Part shown: positions 10,731 through 19,770 of the stretch, one piece after another
Layout: each line of letters begins with the position of its first letter
How positions within the stretch are numbered: position 1 is the stretch's first letter
Assembly: GCA_019058315.1 (NCBI GenBank)
Contig: JAHPZH010000007.1
Location: 160,001 to 224,000 of the forward strand
Direction: 5' to 3'
DNA from: Candidatus Helarchaeota archaeon
GTDB taxonomy: Archaea; Asgardarchaeota; Lokiarchaeia; Helarchaeales; RDOG01
DNA: 64,000 bases
The notes under the pieces: generated by a model
Database searches by the model: none
Told to the model about the DNA's origin: nothing
Seen by the model: the letters and a program-made list of their open reading frames with translations, nothing else
Position numbers and translations under genes: made by a program

Positions 10731-10872
10731 CTATTAATTTAAAGAGATTGGAAATCATCTATCTATAATCCATTCACTATTCCCATATAATAAATGGATA
10801 TGGTCCAGTTTTATCCGAATTATCACAAAAAAAATGATTTGATATTAAAAAAGGCAAATTTTTTTTAAATTT

Positions 10873-11568
10873 TTAAATTACATCATGCGAACGAATTTTA
10901 TCTAATTCAATAAGATTTTTCGATAAATCTTCTCTTATTTTTGATAAATCTTCTTCTCTATCCGCTAAAGCGTTCTTTTTAGTAAGTAATTCGATATTAA
11001 TTTTACTTAAATCCTCTTGAGCGACTTTTAAATTCTTAGTCAACTTCTCGATATTCTTTTCTATTTTTTCTCTTTTTTCAGATGTTTTATCTAATTTTTG
11101 AAATGTATCTTTTTCCTTGGCAAGCTCAAATTCTTTCTTAGAAATCTCATCTCTTAAACTTGATATCTTTTTTTCTATTTTTCCAATTTCTTCTCTATCC
11201 CCAGTTATCGCAATCTCCATTTGGGCCACACTTTTACGAACTTTAGAAATTTCAAGCTCTAATTCCGAAATTTGTTCATTAAGAAGTGCTTCTTGCATAC
11301 TTTCGGTAATTTCGTCTTCTGTAAATTCTATAATTCCTGCATTTTTAATTTCGTTTTTTTCATTAACCTTATTCCGAATTTTTTCGGCTAATTTCTCTCT
11401 TATTTTGGCGGATTCTTCTTCCATCTTTGCCAATTTCTCTTGTTCTTTTGCAATTTTGAGTTGGACTTTAATTAGTTCAAGTCTAGATTCAGCGGCGATA
11501 AGTTCTTGCTTGGCCAAATCTTTGTTTCGTTGTGCTGCTTGCTTAAGTTTCTGAATTTCTTCATCCAT
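10873..11568 (-). CDS. Long coiled-coil protein
   Basis: Continuous E/K/L-rich heptad pattern over 231 aa. Confidence 0.7.
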   Translation of the reverse strand: MDEEIQKLKQAAQRNKDLAKQELIAAESRLELIKVQLKIAKEQEKLAKMEEESAKIREKLAEKIRNKVNEKNEIKNAGIIEFTEDEITESMQEALLNEQISELELEISKVRKSVAQMEIAITGDREEIGKIEKKISSLRDEISKKEFELAKEKDTFQKLDKTSEKREKIEKNIEKLTKNLKVAQEDLSKINIELLTKKNALADREEDLSKIREDLSKNLIELDKIRSHDVI

Positions 11569-11659
11569 TTTGTTGGTTCTTCCTTATAATTTTTTTTGAC
11601 TCTTTGTATTTTTATAATCAAAGATTATTAATTTTTCTAAATAGTTTTTAAATTGGTTA

Positions 11660-12052
11660 TTAGATATTGGAATTATATAAAGTTACTTTGCTTGCCATTA
11701 TTTCTATAAAATCTCCAACTTTTATCAAATCTGTTTTTTTCACATCCAGCATTATTGAACTTGCAGGTGATAAGGATATTACTATTACCCCATCATCATA
11801 AATTTGATCAATTTTACCATGTATTATTAAATTATTGCGTTGGTAATCAATTAAAGGTTTATTTTCTGTAATTTTATTAATATTTTCTCCCCATAGTAAT
11901 TTATCATTTATATTAAATTCAACAAAATATTTAGATCCTACATTTGGTGTTTCTCCATCCCACTTGGCTGCCCCAGAGCCAAATTTGGTTTCAAACCATA
12001 TCAAGATCCTATCTTTACTTCTTTCAATAATACGCTTAACTATTATTTTCAT
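11660..12052 (-). CDS. Hypothetical beta-rich protein
   Basis: 130 aa ORF co-directional with neighbours; no family recognised. Confidence 0.6.
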   Translation of the reverse strand: MKIIVKRIIERSKDRILIWFETKFGSGAAKWDGETPNVGSKYFVEFNINDKLLWGENINKITENKPLIDYQRNNLIIHGKIDQIYDDGVIVISLSPASSIMLDVKKTDLIKVGDFIEIMASKVTLYNSNI

Positions 12053-12080
12053 ATATTTTTCACTATTTTTTCGATTTTAA

Positions 12081-12413
12081 CTAATATAACTCCCTTCTCT
12101 TTTTTTCAAATTTTTTAATAGTATCTACCTTCCGAATAATGTTTGGTCTCCATTGGGTTGCTTTTACAATTGTTCTTAGCATAACACCATTTTTACCAAT
12201 AAGTAGACCTGGTTTTCTGGCTTCAATTATTACTTCACCAAGAGCTTCATCAAACTCAATGCTTGTAATTCCTGCATTTGGTGGGCTTAATTCAATAATC
12301 TTTTTTTCAGCTTGTTCAGGCGGTAATCTATGCTTGAAATCTGAGTATTTATCTATTCTTTTTCTAATTTTTTTAGACATTTCTTTAATTTGTTTTTTAA
12401 AATCCTCTTCCAA
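12081..12413 (-). CDS. Stand-alone KH domain resembling the N-terminal KH region of aCPSF1/FttA
   Basis: IKEMSKKIRKRI...LPPEQAEKKIIEL.PPNAGITSIEFDEALGEVIIEARKPGLLIGKNG..LR.I.K.TQWRP follows the aCPSF1 KH pattern; no MBL/beta-CASP part. Confidence 0.8.
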   Translation of the reverse strand: MEEDFKKQIKEMSKKIRKRIDKYSDFKHRLPPEQAEKKIIELSPPNAGITSIEFDEALGEVIIEARKPGLLIGKNGVMLRTIVKATQWRPNIIRKVDTIKKFEKKRRELY

Positions 12414-12538
12414 TTTTATTTTCCTCGTTATTGTATTTTCATATAAGAATTAGTTAAAATGATAATTAATATCTTCCAAATTAGTAATTCTCTATATTTT
12501 TCTTTATAAAAATATTAATACAAAATAAATTATTACAT

Positions 12539-13072
12539 TTAGACATTTGCTGCATTTAATAAAGAATGGTATAAGAGCTTTGAAATAGAATTCAAATAAA
12601 TTTCAAATTCATCTTTAAATATTTTAAATAAATTTCTATAAGGATGTTCTAATATTTCTGGATTACTTTTAACCCAATTGCATTTTGGATCAAGTACAAA
12701 GTAATATTCTTTTTTTGAAATTTGCTTAAAATTTCTTATTGGAAATATTTTACACATCACAGGTTTATTCTCATGAATAGAACAACCTGAATTCTCACTA
12801 TAAAAAGGGCAAGGGAGGTTTAAAAAGTAATGAAATGTAAATTCTTCTTTGTTTAAAGGATTTACTATTTTTTCTTTGGTAATTTTTAATTTTAAATTAC
12901 GTTTTCTTGCCTCTAACTCTAAAAAGTTCTTCTCATCATTAGTTATTTGTAATTTCTTAAAAAGAGAAACACAACATCTATTTTTACATTGCTTGCATGA
13001 ATATGAATTTGAATTATTATTAATCGAATGTAAATTAATTTCAGTGAAATAAGTCTTGAAATTATTTAAAAT
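12539..13072 (-). CDS. YkgJ-family (CxxCxxxCC) Zn/Fe-S cluster protein
   Basis: The frame of track ORF 12539..12760 is open up to 13075 and encodes SCKQCKNRCC...PCPFYSENSGCSIHENKPVMCKIFP. No ATG/GTG/TTG upstream of the motif; ATT at 13072 or TTA at 13069 follows SD GGAGCTGA. Confidence 0.75.
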   Translation of the reverse strand: MLNNFKTYFTEINLHSINNNSNSYSCKQCKNRCCVSLFKKLQITNDEKNFLELEARKRNLKLKITKEKIVNPLNKEEFTFHYFLNLPCPFYSENSGCSIHENKPVMCKIFPIRNFKQISKKEYYFVLDPKCNWVKSNPEILEHPYRNLFKIFKDEFEIYLNSISKLLYHSLLNAANV

Positions 13073-13168
13073 TGGTCAGCTCCAACCGATGAAATTTTTT
13101 ATAACTATTATTTGATTATTATAATAAAATTGTTTAAAATTTGTGAATTAAAAATTTAAGTGAAATGA

Positions 13169-13507
13169 TTGCATTTATTTGTATACGGGACTTTAACAGA
13201 CGAGGTATTTCTCCACCGCGTAACTAAAAGACCATTCGGACACTTTCAAATTATTGAAGCCAAACTACCCGAATATAAAAGAGATTCATCAATAAAAATA
13301 TCAAAGTGTGACCATGATTCAGCAGTTAATGGCCGATTAATTTTAAATCTAGATAAAAATGATCTAGATCTTCTGGATTATTACGAAAGTTGTAATACTA
13401 ATAATGCTGAGTCAGATCAAAATAATTGGTATAACCGGAAAATAGTCTCTGTAATTACAAGTGATAATAAAACGTTTAATGCATACGTATACATTCCCAA
13501 TTTTTAG
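13169..13507 (+). CDS. Gamma-glutamylcyclotransferase (AIG2-like) family protein
   Basis: LFVYGTL, VNGRLI, LDLLDYYE, YNRKIVSV, AYVY. Confidence 0.88.
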   Translation: MHLFVYGTLTDEVFLHRVTKRPFGHFQIIEAKLPEYKRDSSIKISKCDHDSAVNGRLILNLDKNDLDLLDYYESCNTNNAESDQNNWYNRKIVSVITSDNKTFNAYVYIPNF

Positions 13508-13534
13508 AGTTTATAACATTTTGGTGATTAATTA

Positions 13535-14860
13535 ATGTCCATCTTCAAAAAAAAACCACTTGGCAAATGTCCTCGCTGCGGAAATGTAACACATGCAAGA
13601 TGGATTAAATTAGGTAGAGAAATTAAATGTGAAAATTGCGATTTTAAATTAAGGGTTATTGTAAAAAGAAAACAAAATTTAGAGGATAAAAAGAAGCCTT
13701 TGGGGATTGTTGATACAATAGAAGAAGCTTATGGAATTTCTATGGGTATTGAAATTGAAACTTATACCATTAGAATTTCAGCTGGAAAATATTCGATTGG
13801 ATATGACGATGTAGTATACCCTAAAGAGCAAGTTTTTGAAGATGGAGAAATATTTACCCAAGATCTTACCATTGGTTCTGAATTTAATAGTCCAGTTTTT
13901 TATCAACTTTATAATGCGTATTTTCGCTTGAAAGCCAGTCTAAGAAAATATAATGTATTCCAAGATAAAACTGAAGAAAATGTGGAAAAACGAATCTGTT
14001 TTATGGGAACATGGTTGGATGCGCCGGCGGCAACACACTTTCATATTGGATTTGGTAAAGATGGAATAGGCGAACAAGATGCGGAGTATATTGCGCAGCA
14101 TGTTCATAGTCATTTACCTTTTTTGATAGCATTATCCGCAAATTCACCAATTTTAAATAATGAAATTACTCCAATTGCCTCGAATAGGTTAAAAGAATTT
14201 CCATATTGTAATCCCATTGCTATAAAAGATTTCTTTAAAGAATACGAGAAATTAAGTGATTATCATTTTACAGAAATGAATTATAATACCTTTCCTGGAA
14301 GTGGGGAGGATACTAAACCTCCTACCCTTGAAATTAGAGTAGCTGACTCAAATATTCCCGAATATTGTATTGCTTGTCTTGCAATTATTCAAGCTATCGT
14401 ATTAAAAGCTATTAGAAAGAAAAAAGGTAAACCCGTTAAACCCCCTAACATATGTGATTATGACAATTACATTGAAGCACGAAATAATGCAATTAATGAT
14501 GGATCAAATGCAATATTATGTTGGAACAACAAACCAGCGAAAGTTCCAAAATATATTGATAAATTCTTTTATTTCTATAAAAAAGAATTAGAAGAAATCG
14601 AAATTCCACCTAAAATTTTAGATGTTTTTAAATATTTAAAATCTGGAGTTAATATGGCTGATATGATTCGGGAATCATGTTCTAAAATGAAGGAAAAAAA
14701 TCCAGCTAATTGGGAGAATGAGTTTGCTAAACAATATGTTTCAGCATTAGAACAAAATTTAGAAGGAAATGATCTCGAAAACTTCGCAGGGTATTTAGGT
14801 ATTAAACTTCCAAACATTTCCAAAACGATTTTAGGAGAAACATCATTTTATTCTCCTTAA
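13535..14860 (+). CDS. Carboxylate-amine (glutamate-cysteine ligase, GCS2-like) ligase with N-terminal zinc ribbon
   Basis: CPRC...CENC ribbon; MGIEIE, SEFNSP, THFHIG, LPFLIALSANSP, ASNRL, TLEIRVADS. Confidence 0.82.
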   Translation: MSIFKKKPLGKCPRCGNVTHARWIKLGREIKCENCDFKLRVIVKRKQNLEDKKKPLGIVDTIEEAYGISMGIEIETYTIRISAGKYSIGYDDVVYPKEQVFEDGEIFTQDLTIGSEFNSPVFYQLYNAYFRLKASLRKYNVFQDKTEENVEKRICFMGTWLDAPAATHFHIGFGKDGIGEQDAEYIAQHVHSHLPFLIALSANSPILNNEITPIASNRLKEFPYCNPIAIKDFFKEYEKLSDYHFTEMNYNTFPGSGEDTKPPTLEIRVADSNIPEYCIACLAIIQAIVLKAIRKKKGKPVKPPNICDYDNYIEARNNAINDGSNAILCWNNKPAKVPKYIDKFFYFYKKELEEIEIPPKILDVFKYLKSGVNMADMIRESCSKMKEKNPANWENEFAKQYVSALEQNLEGNDLENFAGYLGIKLPNISKTILGETSFYSP

Positions 14861-14901
14861 ATCATAACATTTTTTCCTCTAATTCTTGTTTTTCGTGTGA
14901 A

Positions 14902-15525
14902 TTATTCTTTTATGAATAAAAACGCCAGAATAAAAATCCATGACTGATAGGCATATATTGAAATCCGTTCAAATAATCCCAATAATTCAATATTATTCAT
15001 CATCAATACCGAAGTTAAGCCACCAAAACTAGCCATAATAATCAGTGTAATTATTGAATATAATCTAAATGATTTCCACTGTTTCTCACTGTAAAGACCT
15101 ATCCCAATCATTGGTATAGCTAGTACTATTAATATAATGTTTAATCCTGTGAGAATTATATGCATTGTTCCAGGGAAAGTTCCGGGCATAGGAATAGCAG
15201 TAAAAGGATCCATTGGAAAAATACTCCCCGATAATGCTGAAAATATTCCCAGAATCATAATGAATATGCCACCTAAGAATATTAATTTACTCTGCTCAAA
15301 TTTATAATATGTAATTACTCCAATTCCAAAAATAACTAACATAATTGCAGAGATAACGAAAAGCGAACTTAATAAGTAAGTATTTTTAGAACCAGCTTGA
15401 GTTAATTCACTCACCGCATTTATAATTGGACTATAGCCTTGTGTAATGATACTACCGATAATATCATTTAATAAAAATACGATGGGACCTAAAATACCAC
15501 CATAAAAGAGAAGTTTTTTATCCAT
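14902..15525 (-). CDS. DUF998-family membrane protein
   Basis: GYSPIINAVSEL, IFPMDP, GTMHIILTG, GLFERISIY; about 6 TM helices. Confidence 0.8.
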   Translation of the reverse strand: MDKKLLFYGGILGPIVFLLNDIIGSIITQGYSPIINAVSELTQAGSKNTYLLSSLFVISAIMLVIFGIGVITYYKFEQSKLIFLGGIFIMILGIFSALSGSIFPMDPFTAIPMPGTFPGTMHIILTGLNIILIVLAIPMIGIGLYSEKQWKSFRLYSIITLIIMASFGGLTSVLMMNNIELLGLFERISIYAYQSWIFILAFLFIKE

Positions 15526-15670
15526 GTCTTTATCATCACCGAATTATTATTGCAAATAATCTCGTTGCTTTATAAAATCAATGTTTTTATATCTTATTAA
15601 AAATATAATTAGATAATTTTATTTATATTTATTGATAATTATTGATAGTACTATTTTTGGTGGAGATATT

Positions 15671-17950
15671 TTGAAAAAAAGTAGCGATCAGACTAAAGAA
15701 ACGATATTAACCATGCTTTCAAACCCACTACGCTCACAAGTTCTGAAATTTCTAAGTCAACAAAGCCCATTATCATTTACGGATATAATGGAAAAATTAA
15801 AAATGGATCCCTCCACAGATGCTGGTAAATTTGGATACCATCTTAGAGCTTTGAAAGATACCCAACTAATCAGTGGTGGATCCGAATCGGGTTATAGGTT
15901 AACCAAAATTGGAGAAAAAGTAGTTGAGTTTTTATGGACTTTAGGTGATTTGATAAAATCAGAAGCTCTTGGAGAAATCCAGGTTAGAACATCAAGATAT
16001 TCAGTTGAAAAATTTGACAGAAATAAGATAGCCCTAGCTCTACAAAAAGAAGCAAATATTCCTAGAGATCTTGCTGAAGATATTTCAAAAGAAGCTGAAG
16101 AACGATTGATTAATTCAAAAATTAAATATTTTACCGCACCCTTGATACGTGAATTTGTTAATTTTATCCTTTTAGAAAGAGGTTTAGAAAATTATCGACA
16201 TGCTCTTACAAGATTGGGTCTTCCACCATATGATGTTAAAGAATTAATAAAATCACAAAAGAGCATTTCAAATCCAACATTTATAAAAAGAATAGCAGGT
16301 GATGCTATTCTGGAACAATATTTATTATTAAATGTTCTGGACCATAAAATAGCCGATGCTCATTTAAGTGGTGATATTTTCATTCCAAATGCTAATTATT
16401 TCATCTTAAGACCAAATTCTGTACAACATGATGCACGAATTTTTTTCAGTGAAGGTCTTCCAAGTATGGGCTCTCTAATTGCAATAAGCCCTCCAAAGAG
16501 CTTTAGAACCGCTTTAGGCATTATAGCAAAAATTTTTAACATTTCAAATAGCGCAAGCGACCAATCCTTTGATCATTTTAATGTATTTTTAGCCCCTTTT
16601 ATAAAAAATTTATCACAAGACGATATAAAGAAAAATATTCGAATTTTTTTGGAAGATATCGGCTATCAATTCGATTCCTCAGGAATAAATATTAATTTAG
16701 AGTTTTTAATACCTTCATATCTTCAAGATAGTCCAGCAGTTGGTCCCGATGGTAAGGTTAATGGTATTTATGGGGATTATTTGGAGGAAACACAATTATT
16801 ATTATCGTTACTATTAGATGTGCTAATAGAAGGAGATATCAAAGGGCGTCCCTTTCTTTTACCAAATCAAATTCTTAAAATTCGTCCTGAGGTATTAGCT
16901 CGTGATGAATATAAACCATTATTAATGAAAGTCCATGAGTTAATTCTAAAATTTGGAACACCTTTTTTAGTGAATGCAACGAAAGATTGGCAAACTAAAA
17001 ACGTTAATTTAACAGGAGGTCTAGATCGACTCGCGGCTACATGGAAAGAAGTAGAAGTAGATACTTTACGGACTGGAAATTTAGATTGGGTCATTATTAA
17101 TCTCCCTAGAATTGCTTATGAATCGGAAAATGACGATGATAAATTTTTTGATTTATTAGATACTAGATTAGATTTATCTTATAATGCTTTAAAGCAAAAA
17201 AAAGAAATAATTGATATAAGAATGAATGAAGATAGACTACTACCTTTCTTATCTGCTTCGGTAAAGGGAGAGCCTTATTTTCGAATTGAAAATGCCTCTT
17301 TTTCTATTAGCTATCTAGGTTTACCCCAAGCAGTTAAAATACATACGAATTCAAAAGTATCTGATCATACAGGTTTTAATTTCGCAAAACGAATATTGGT
17401 ATATTTAAATAAATTTTCAAAGGAATCTAGTGAGAAATCAGGTCTTAGGTTTACAATAAAGCAATCAATTTCAAATGGATGGGCCTTCAAACTGGCGGAA
17501 TTGGATAGAGAGTATAATATCTGGAGAAAACGAAAAATAGATGCTAAGCATCAATTCGACTTTTATACTGCAGAAAATTTATTCTCCTCAACCTCTATTC
17601 CGATGAAAAAAAGAATTCAATTAGAAGGAGAATTTCAACAGTATCTTAAAGGCGGTCATATGTCTTTAATCTCAATTGATAGTCCATCATTTGATAGTAA
17701 AAATCTATTGGAGATTACTCGTGATATTTGTAATTCTTCTATAGGAATATTTGGATACGTTCATAACCTTACTTATTGCTCTTCATGTGGTATTAGTTTA
17801 AACGGAATTCATGAAAAATGCCTTAAATGCAGCTCTGCAGGGACTAATATTAACCATTATAGCCGTCAAGTTGGACCATATAAAATTATTTCTCCACAGA
17901 ATAATATTATTATGAATAATATTAAAAATCGGCAAATTTATTCGGCATAA
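15671..17950 (+). CDS. nrdD: HTH + ATP-cone + class III ribonucleotide reductase (NrdD)-like fusion, catalytically degenerate
   Basis: ArsR-like HTH (LSNPLRSQVLKFL...GKFGYHLRAL); ATP-cone (VRTSRYSVEKFDRNKI...TAPLIREFVN); NrdD motifs ADAHLSGDIFI, LRTGNL, INLPRIA; C-terminal CxxC-CxxC. TTG start at 15671 follows SD GGTGGAGA (track start 15632). Confidence 0.85.
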   Translation: MKKSSDQTKETILTMLSNPLRSQVLKFLSQQSPLSFTDIMEKLKMDPSTDAGKFGYHLRALKDTQLISGGSESGYRLTKIGEKVVEFLWTLGDLIKSEALGEIQVRTSRYSVEKFDRNKIALALQKEANIPRDLAEDISKEAEERLINSKIKYFTAPLIREFVNFILLERGLENYRHALTRLGLPPYDVKELIKSQKSISNPTFIKRIAGDAILEQYLLLNVLDHKIADAHLSGDIFIPNANYFILRPNSVQHDARIFFSEGLPSMGSLIAISPPKSFRTALGIIAKIFNISNSASDQSFDHFNVFLAPFIKNLSQDDIKKNIRIFLEDIGYQFDSSGININLEFLIPSYLQDSPAVGPDGKVNGIYGDYLEETQLLLSLLLDVLIEGDIKGRPFLLPNQILKIRPEVLARDEYKPLLMKVHELILKFGTPFLVNATKDWQTKNVNLTGGLDRLAATWKEVEVDTLRTGNLDWVIINLPRIAYESENDDDKFFDLLDTRLDLSYNALKQKKEIIDIRMNEDRLLPFLSASVKGEPYFRIENASFSISYLGLPQAVKIHTNSKVSDHTGFNFAKRILVYLNKFSKESSEKSGLRFTIKQSISNGWAFKLAELDREYNIWRKRKIDAKHQFDFYTAENLFSSTSIPMKKRIQLEGEFQQYLKGGHMSLISIDSPSFDSKNLLEITRDICNSSIGIFGYVHNLTYCSSCGISLNGIHEKCLKCSSAGTNINHYSRQVGPYKIISPQNNIIMNNIKNRQIYSA

Positions 17951-17978
17951 ATGGTTAAAAAAGGTTCAAGGTTAGGAT

Positions 17979-18320
17979 TTAAGTTAAATCTAATTTAATA
18001 AATTCATATTCTCTGATAAATTTACGTTGTGTAATATAGCTATATGCCTCGATGACCATTTTATTTTCATAAATTCTTCCATCATATTCAACTATACCAC
18101 TAATACTAGTCGTTGTAAATTTTATCCGAATACTACTTAAAATGAAATTACCTTTACCTACTGATTTAACAGAATCTTTAACAAACCATTTTTTCATTGA
18201 TTGAGGAGATGTTTTCGAATAAGCGGTAATTACCGTCCCATCTTCAAAAAATCTAATATAATGACTATAATCCTCCAATTTACTCCTATAAATTCCATCG
18301 AATCTTAACAAATTGCCCAA
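17979..18320 (-). CDS. Hypothetical protein
   Basis: 113 aa beta-rich ORF (LRFDGIYRS...HYIRFFEDGTVI) filling an intergenic gap. Confidence 0.6.
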   Translation of the reverse strand: MGNLLRFDGIYRSKLEDYSHYIRFFEDGTVITAYSKTSPQSMKKWFVKDSVKSVGKGNFILSSIRIKFTTTSISGIVEYDGRIYENKMVIEAYSYITQRKFIREYEFIKLDLT

Positions 18321-18490
18321 CTCTAATTTTAGATTGAACTAAATAAGAGTCAAAATCAATAAAATATTGCATTTCCAAATTTTAAAAAATTTATATTTTA
18401 ATTATTACTTAACGTAAAATAGTAAATGAAGAAATTTGGGGAGTTAAAATGGAAAAATGGTTACTTCAGTTATTTAAAAGGATGATTTAA

Positions 18491-19702
18491 TTGACTTATC
18501 GAAATAGAAGACATAGAATGTATTTAGAATTCGGAGGACCAAAAATTGCCAAAAAATTTGAACTTGCTCAAGTACGTGGAATGGATGAAATTGAAAATGG
18601 AAAAGTTTCAATAATTGGTTCAGATTTAAGAGATTTGGAACAAGGAAAATCGTATCCAATTGGAATTCTTATTGAAATTGCTGGAAAAGAAGTTAAAAAA
18701 GAGTTAGAACCGATTTTTGAGTGTAGAATTAAGGATTTCACAGATAGTATTGGTAATATGTTTTATGTATATCATCGATCAGATATTTGGTTTAGATTCT
18801 CAACATTTGTCTATGAAAGAGGATTCAACTCTCTCAAAGTGTGGGGTGAAATGTTGATTGCTTCTTATCAAAGGGAATACGAAAAAATTATTGAAAAAAT
18901 CCAAATAACTTTTTTTACTGAAGAGAATAAAGTTAATGAATGGCATGAAAAAGCCACTAAGATTTATTGTTCAAGAGATGACCAAGTAAAATCTCTTTCA
19001 GACGAGAGAGTTGATACTTTTTTTGGGTGTGCTTTGTGTAATTATATTGTTCCAAATCATTTTTGTATAATCACACCAGACAGTTGTGGTCTATGCGGTT
19101 CAATAAACTGGATTAATGCAAAAGCAAGTTTTGAGCTGGATCCAAAGGGTCCAATTTTCTTCATCAGAAAGGGACAAAGTATAGATACTATTAGTGGTGA
19201 ATGGAGCGGAATTAATGAGATCATTAAGGCAAGAACCCTGGGTCAAATTGAAAGAATTCATCTTTACACGATTCTAAGCCCATTTAACCATACTAGTTGT
19301 CATTGCTTAGAGGCAGTCGCCTTTTATATACCTGAGGTTGATGGGATAGGAATTTTAAATAGAAATTTTAAAGTGCCCGCTATTAATGGATTGCCATTTT
19401 CAACTATGTCAAGTGTAATTAGGAAAGGAGAACAAAGTTATGGTTTTGTTGGAACAGCAATAGGACAAATGCGCTCCCCAAAATTTTTACAAGCTGACGG
19501 TGGATGGGATAGAATTGTTTGGATAACTAATCATGTAAAAGATCGCATTAAAGATGATATATCGATTGAAATAGTTAATAAAATCGCAACTGAATCGGAT
19601 GTAACTAATTTAATGGAATTAAAAGATTTCCTTATATTAAATAATCATCCCATAGTTAAAAAATGGACAAAAGAAATATATAATTCTAATTTTGAGGAGT
19701 AA
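18491..19702 (+). CDS. cdhC: Divergent acetyl-CoA synthase (ACDS beta subunit) paralog
   Basis: EFGGPK, GCALC...HFCIITPD...LCGSINW, HTSCHCLEAVAFYIPEVDG, NGLPFSTM, SPKFLQADGGW; TTG after SD AGGATGA. Confidence 0.85.
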   Translation: MTYRNRRHRMYLEFGGPKIAKKFELAQVRGMDEIENGKVSIIGSDLRDLEQGKSYPIGILIEIAGKEVKKELEPIFECRIKDFTDSIGNMFYVYHRSDIWFRFSTFVYERGFNSLKVWGEMLIASYQREYEKIIEKIQITFFTEENKVNEWHEKATKIYCSRDDQVKSLSDERVDTFFGCALCNYIVPNHFCIITPDSCGLCGSINWINAKASFELDPKGPIFFIRKGQSIDTISGEWSGINEIIKARTLGQIERIHLYTILSPFNHTSCHCLEAVAFYIPEVDGIGILNRNFKVPAINGLPFSTMSSVIRKGEQSYGFVGTAIGQMRSPKFLQADGGWDRIVWITNHVKDRIKDDISIEIVNKIATESDVTNLMELKDFLILNNHPIVKKWTKEIYNSNFEE

Positions 19703-19770
19703 ATGTTAACGGGATGGTTGTTCATAAGAAACTAGATACTTAAATTCGATAAATTGTTGAATTAATTATT

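Noticed and set aside
10873-11568. Coiled-coil protein as ESCRT-III/PspA or SMC fragment
   Set aside because: Size is compatible, but no diagnostic motif, ATPase head or Vps4 neighbour is present; left as a generic coiled coil.
11660-12052. Possible toxin immunity protein
   Set aside because: Only a vague resemblance, and no adjacent toxin gene.
6099-13078. In-frame TGA codons upstream of the DRTGG (6099-6101) and YkgJ (13076-13078) genes as selenocysteine or readthrough
   Set aside because: Both TGAs lie within SD sequences (GGAG(A/C)TGA), do not align to Cys positions, and no SECIS was evident.
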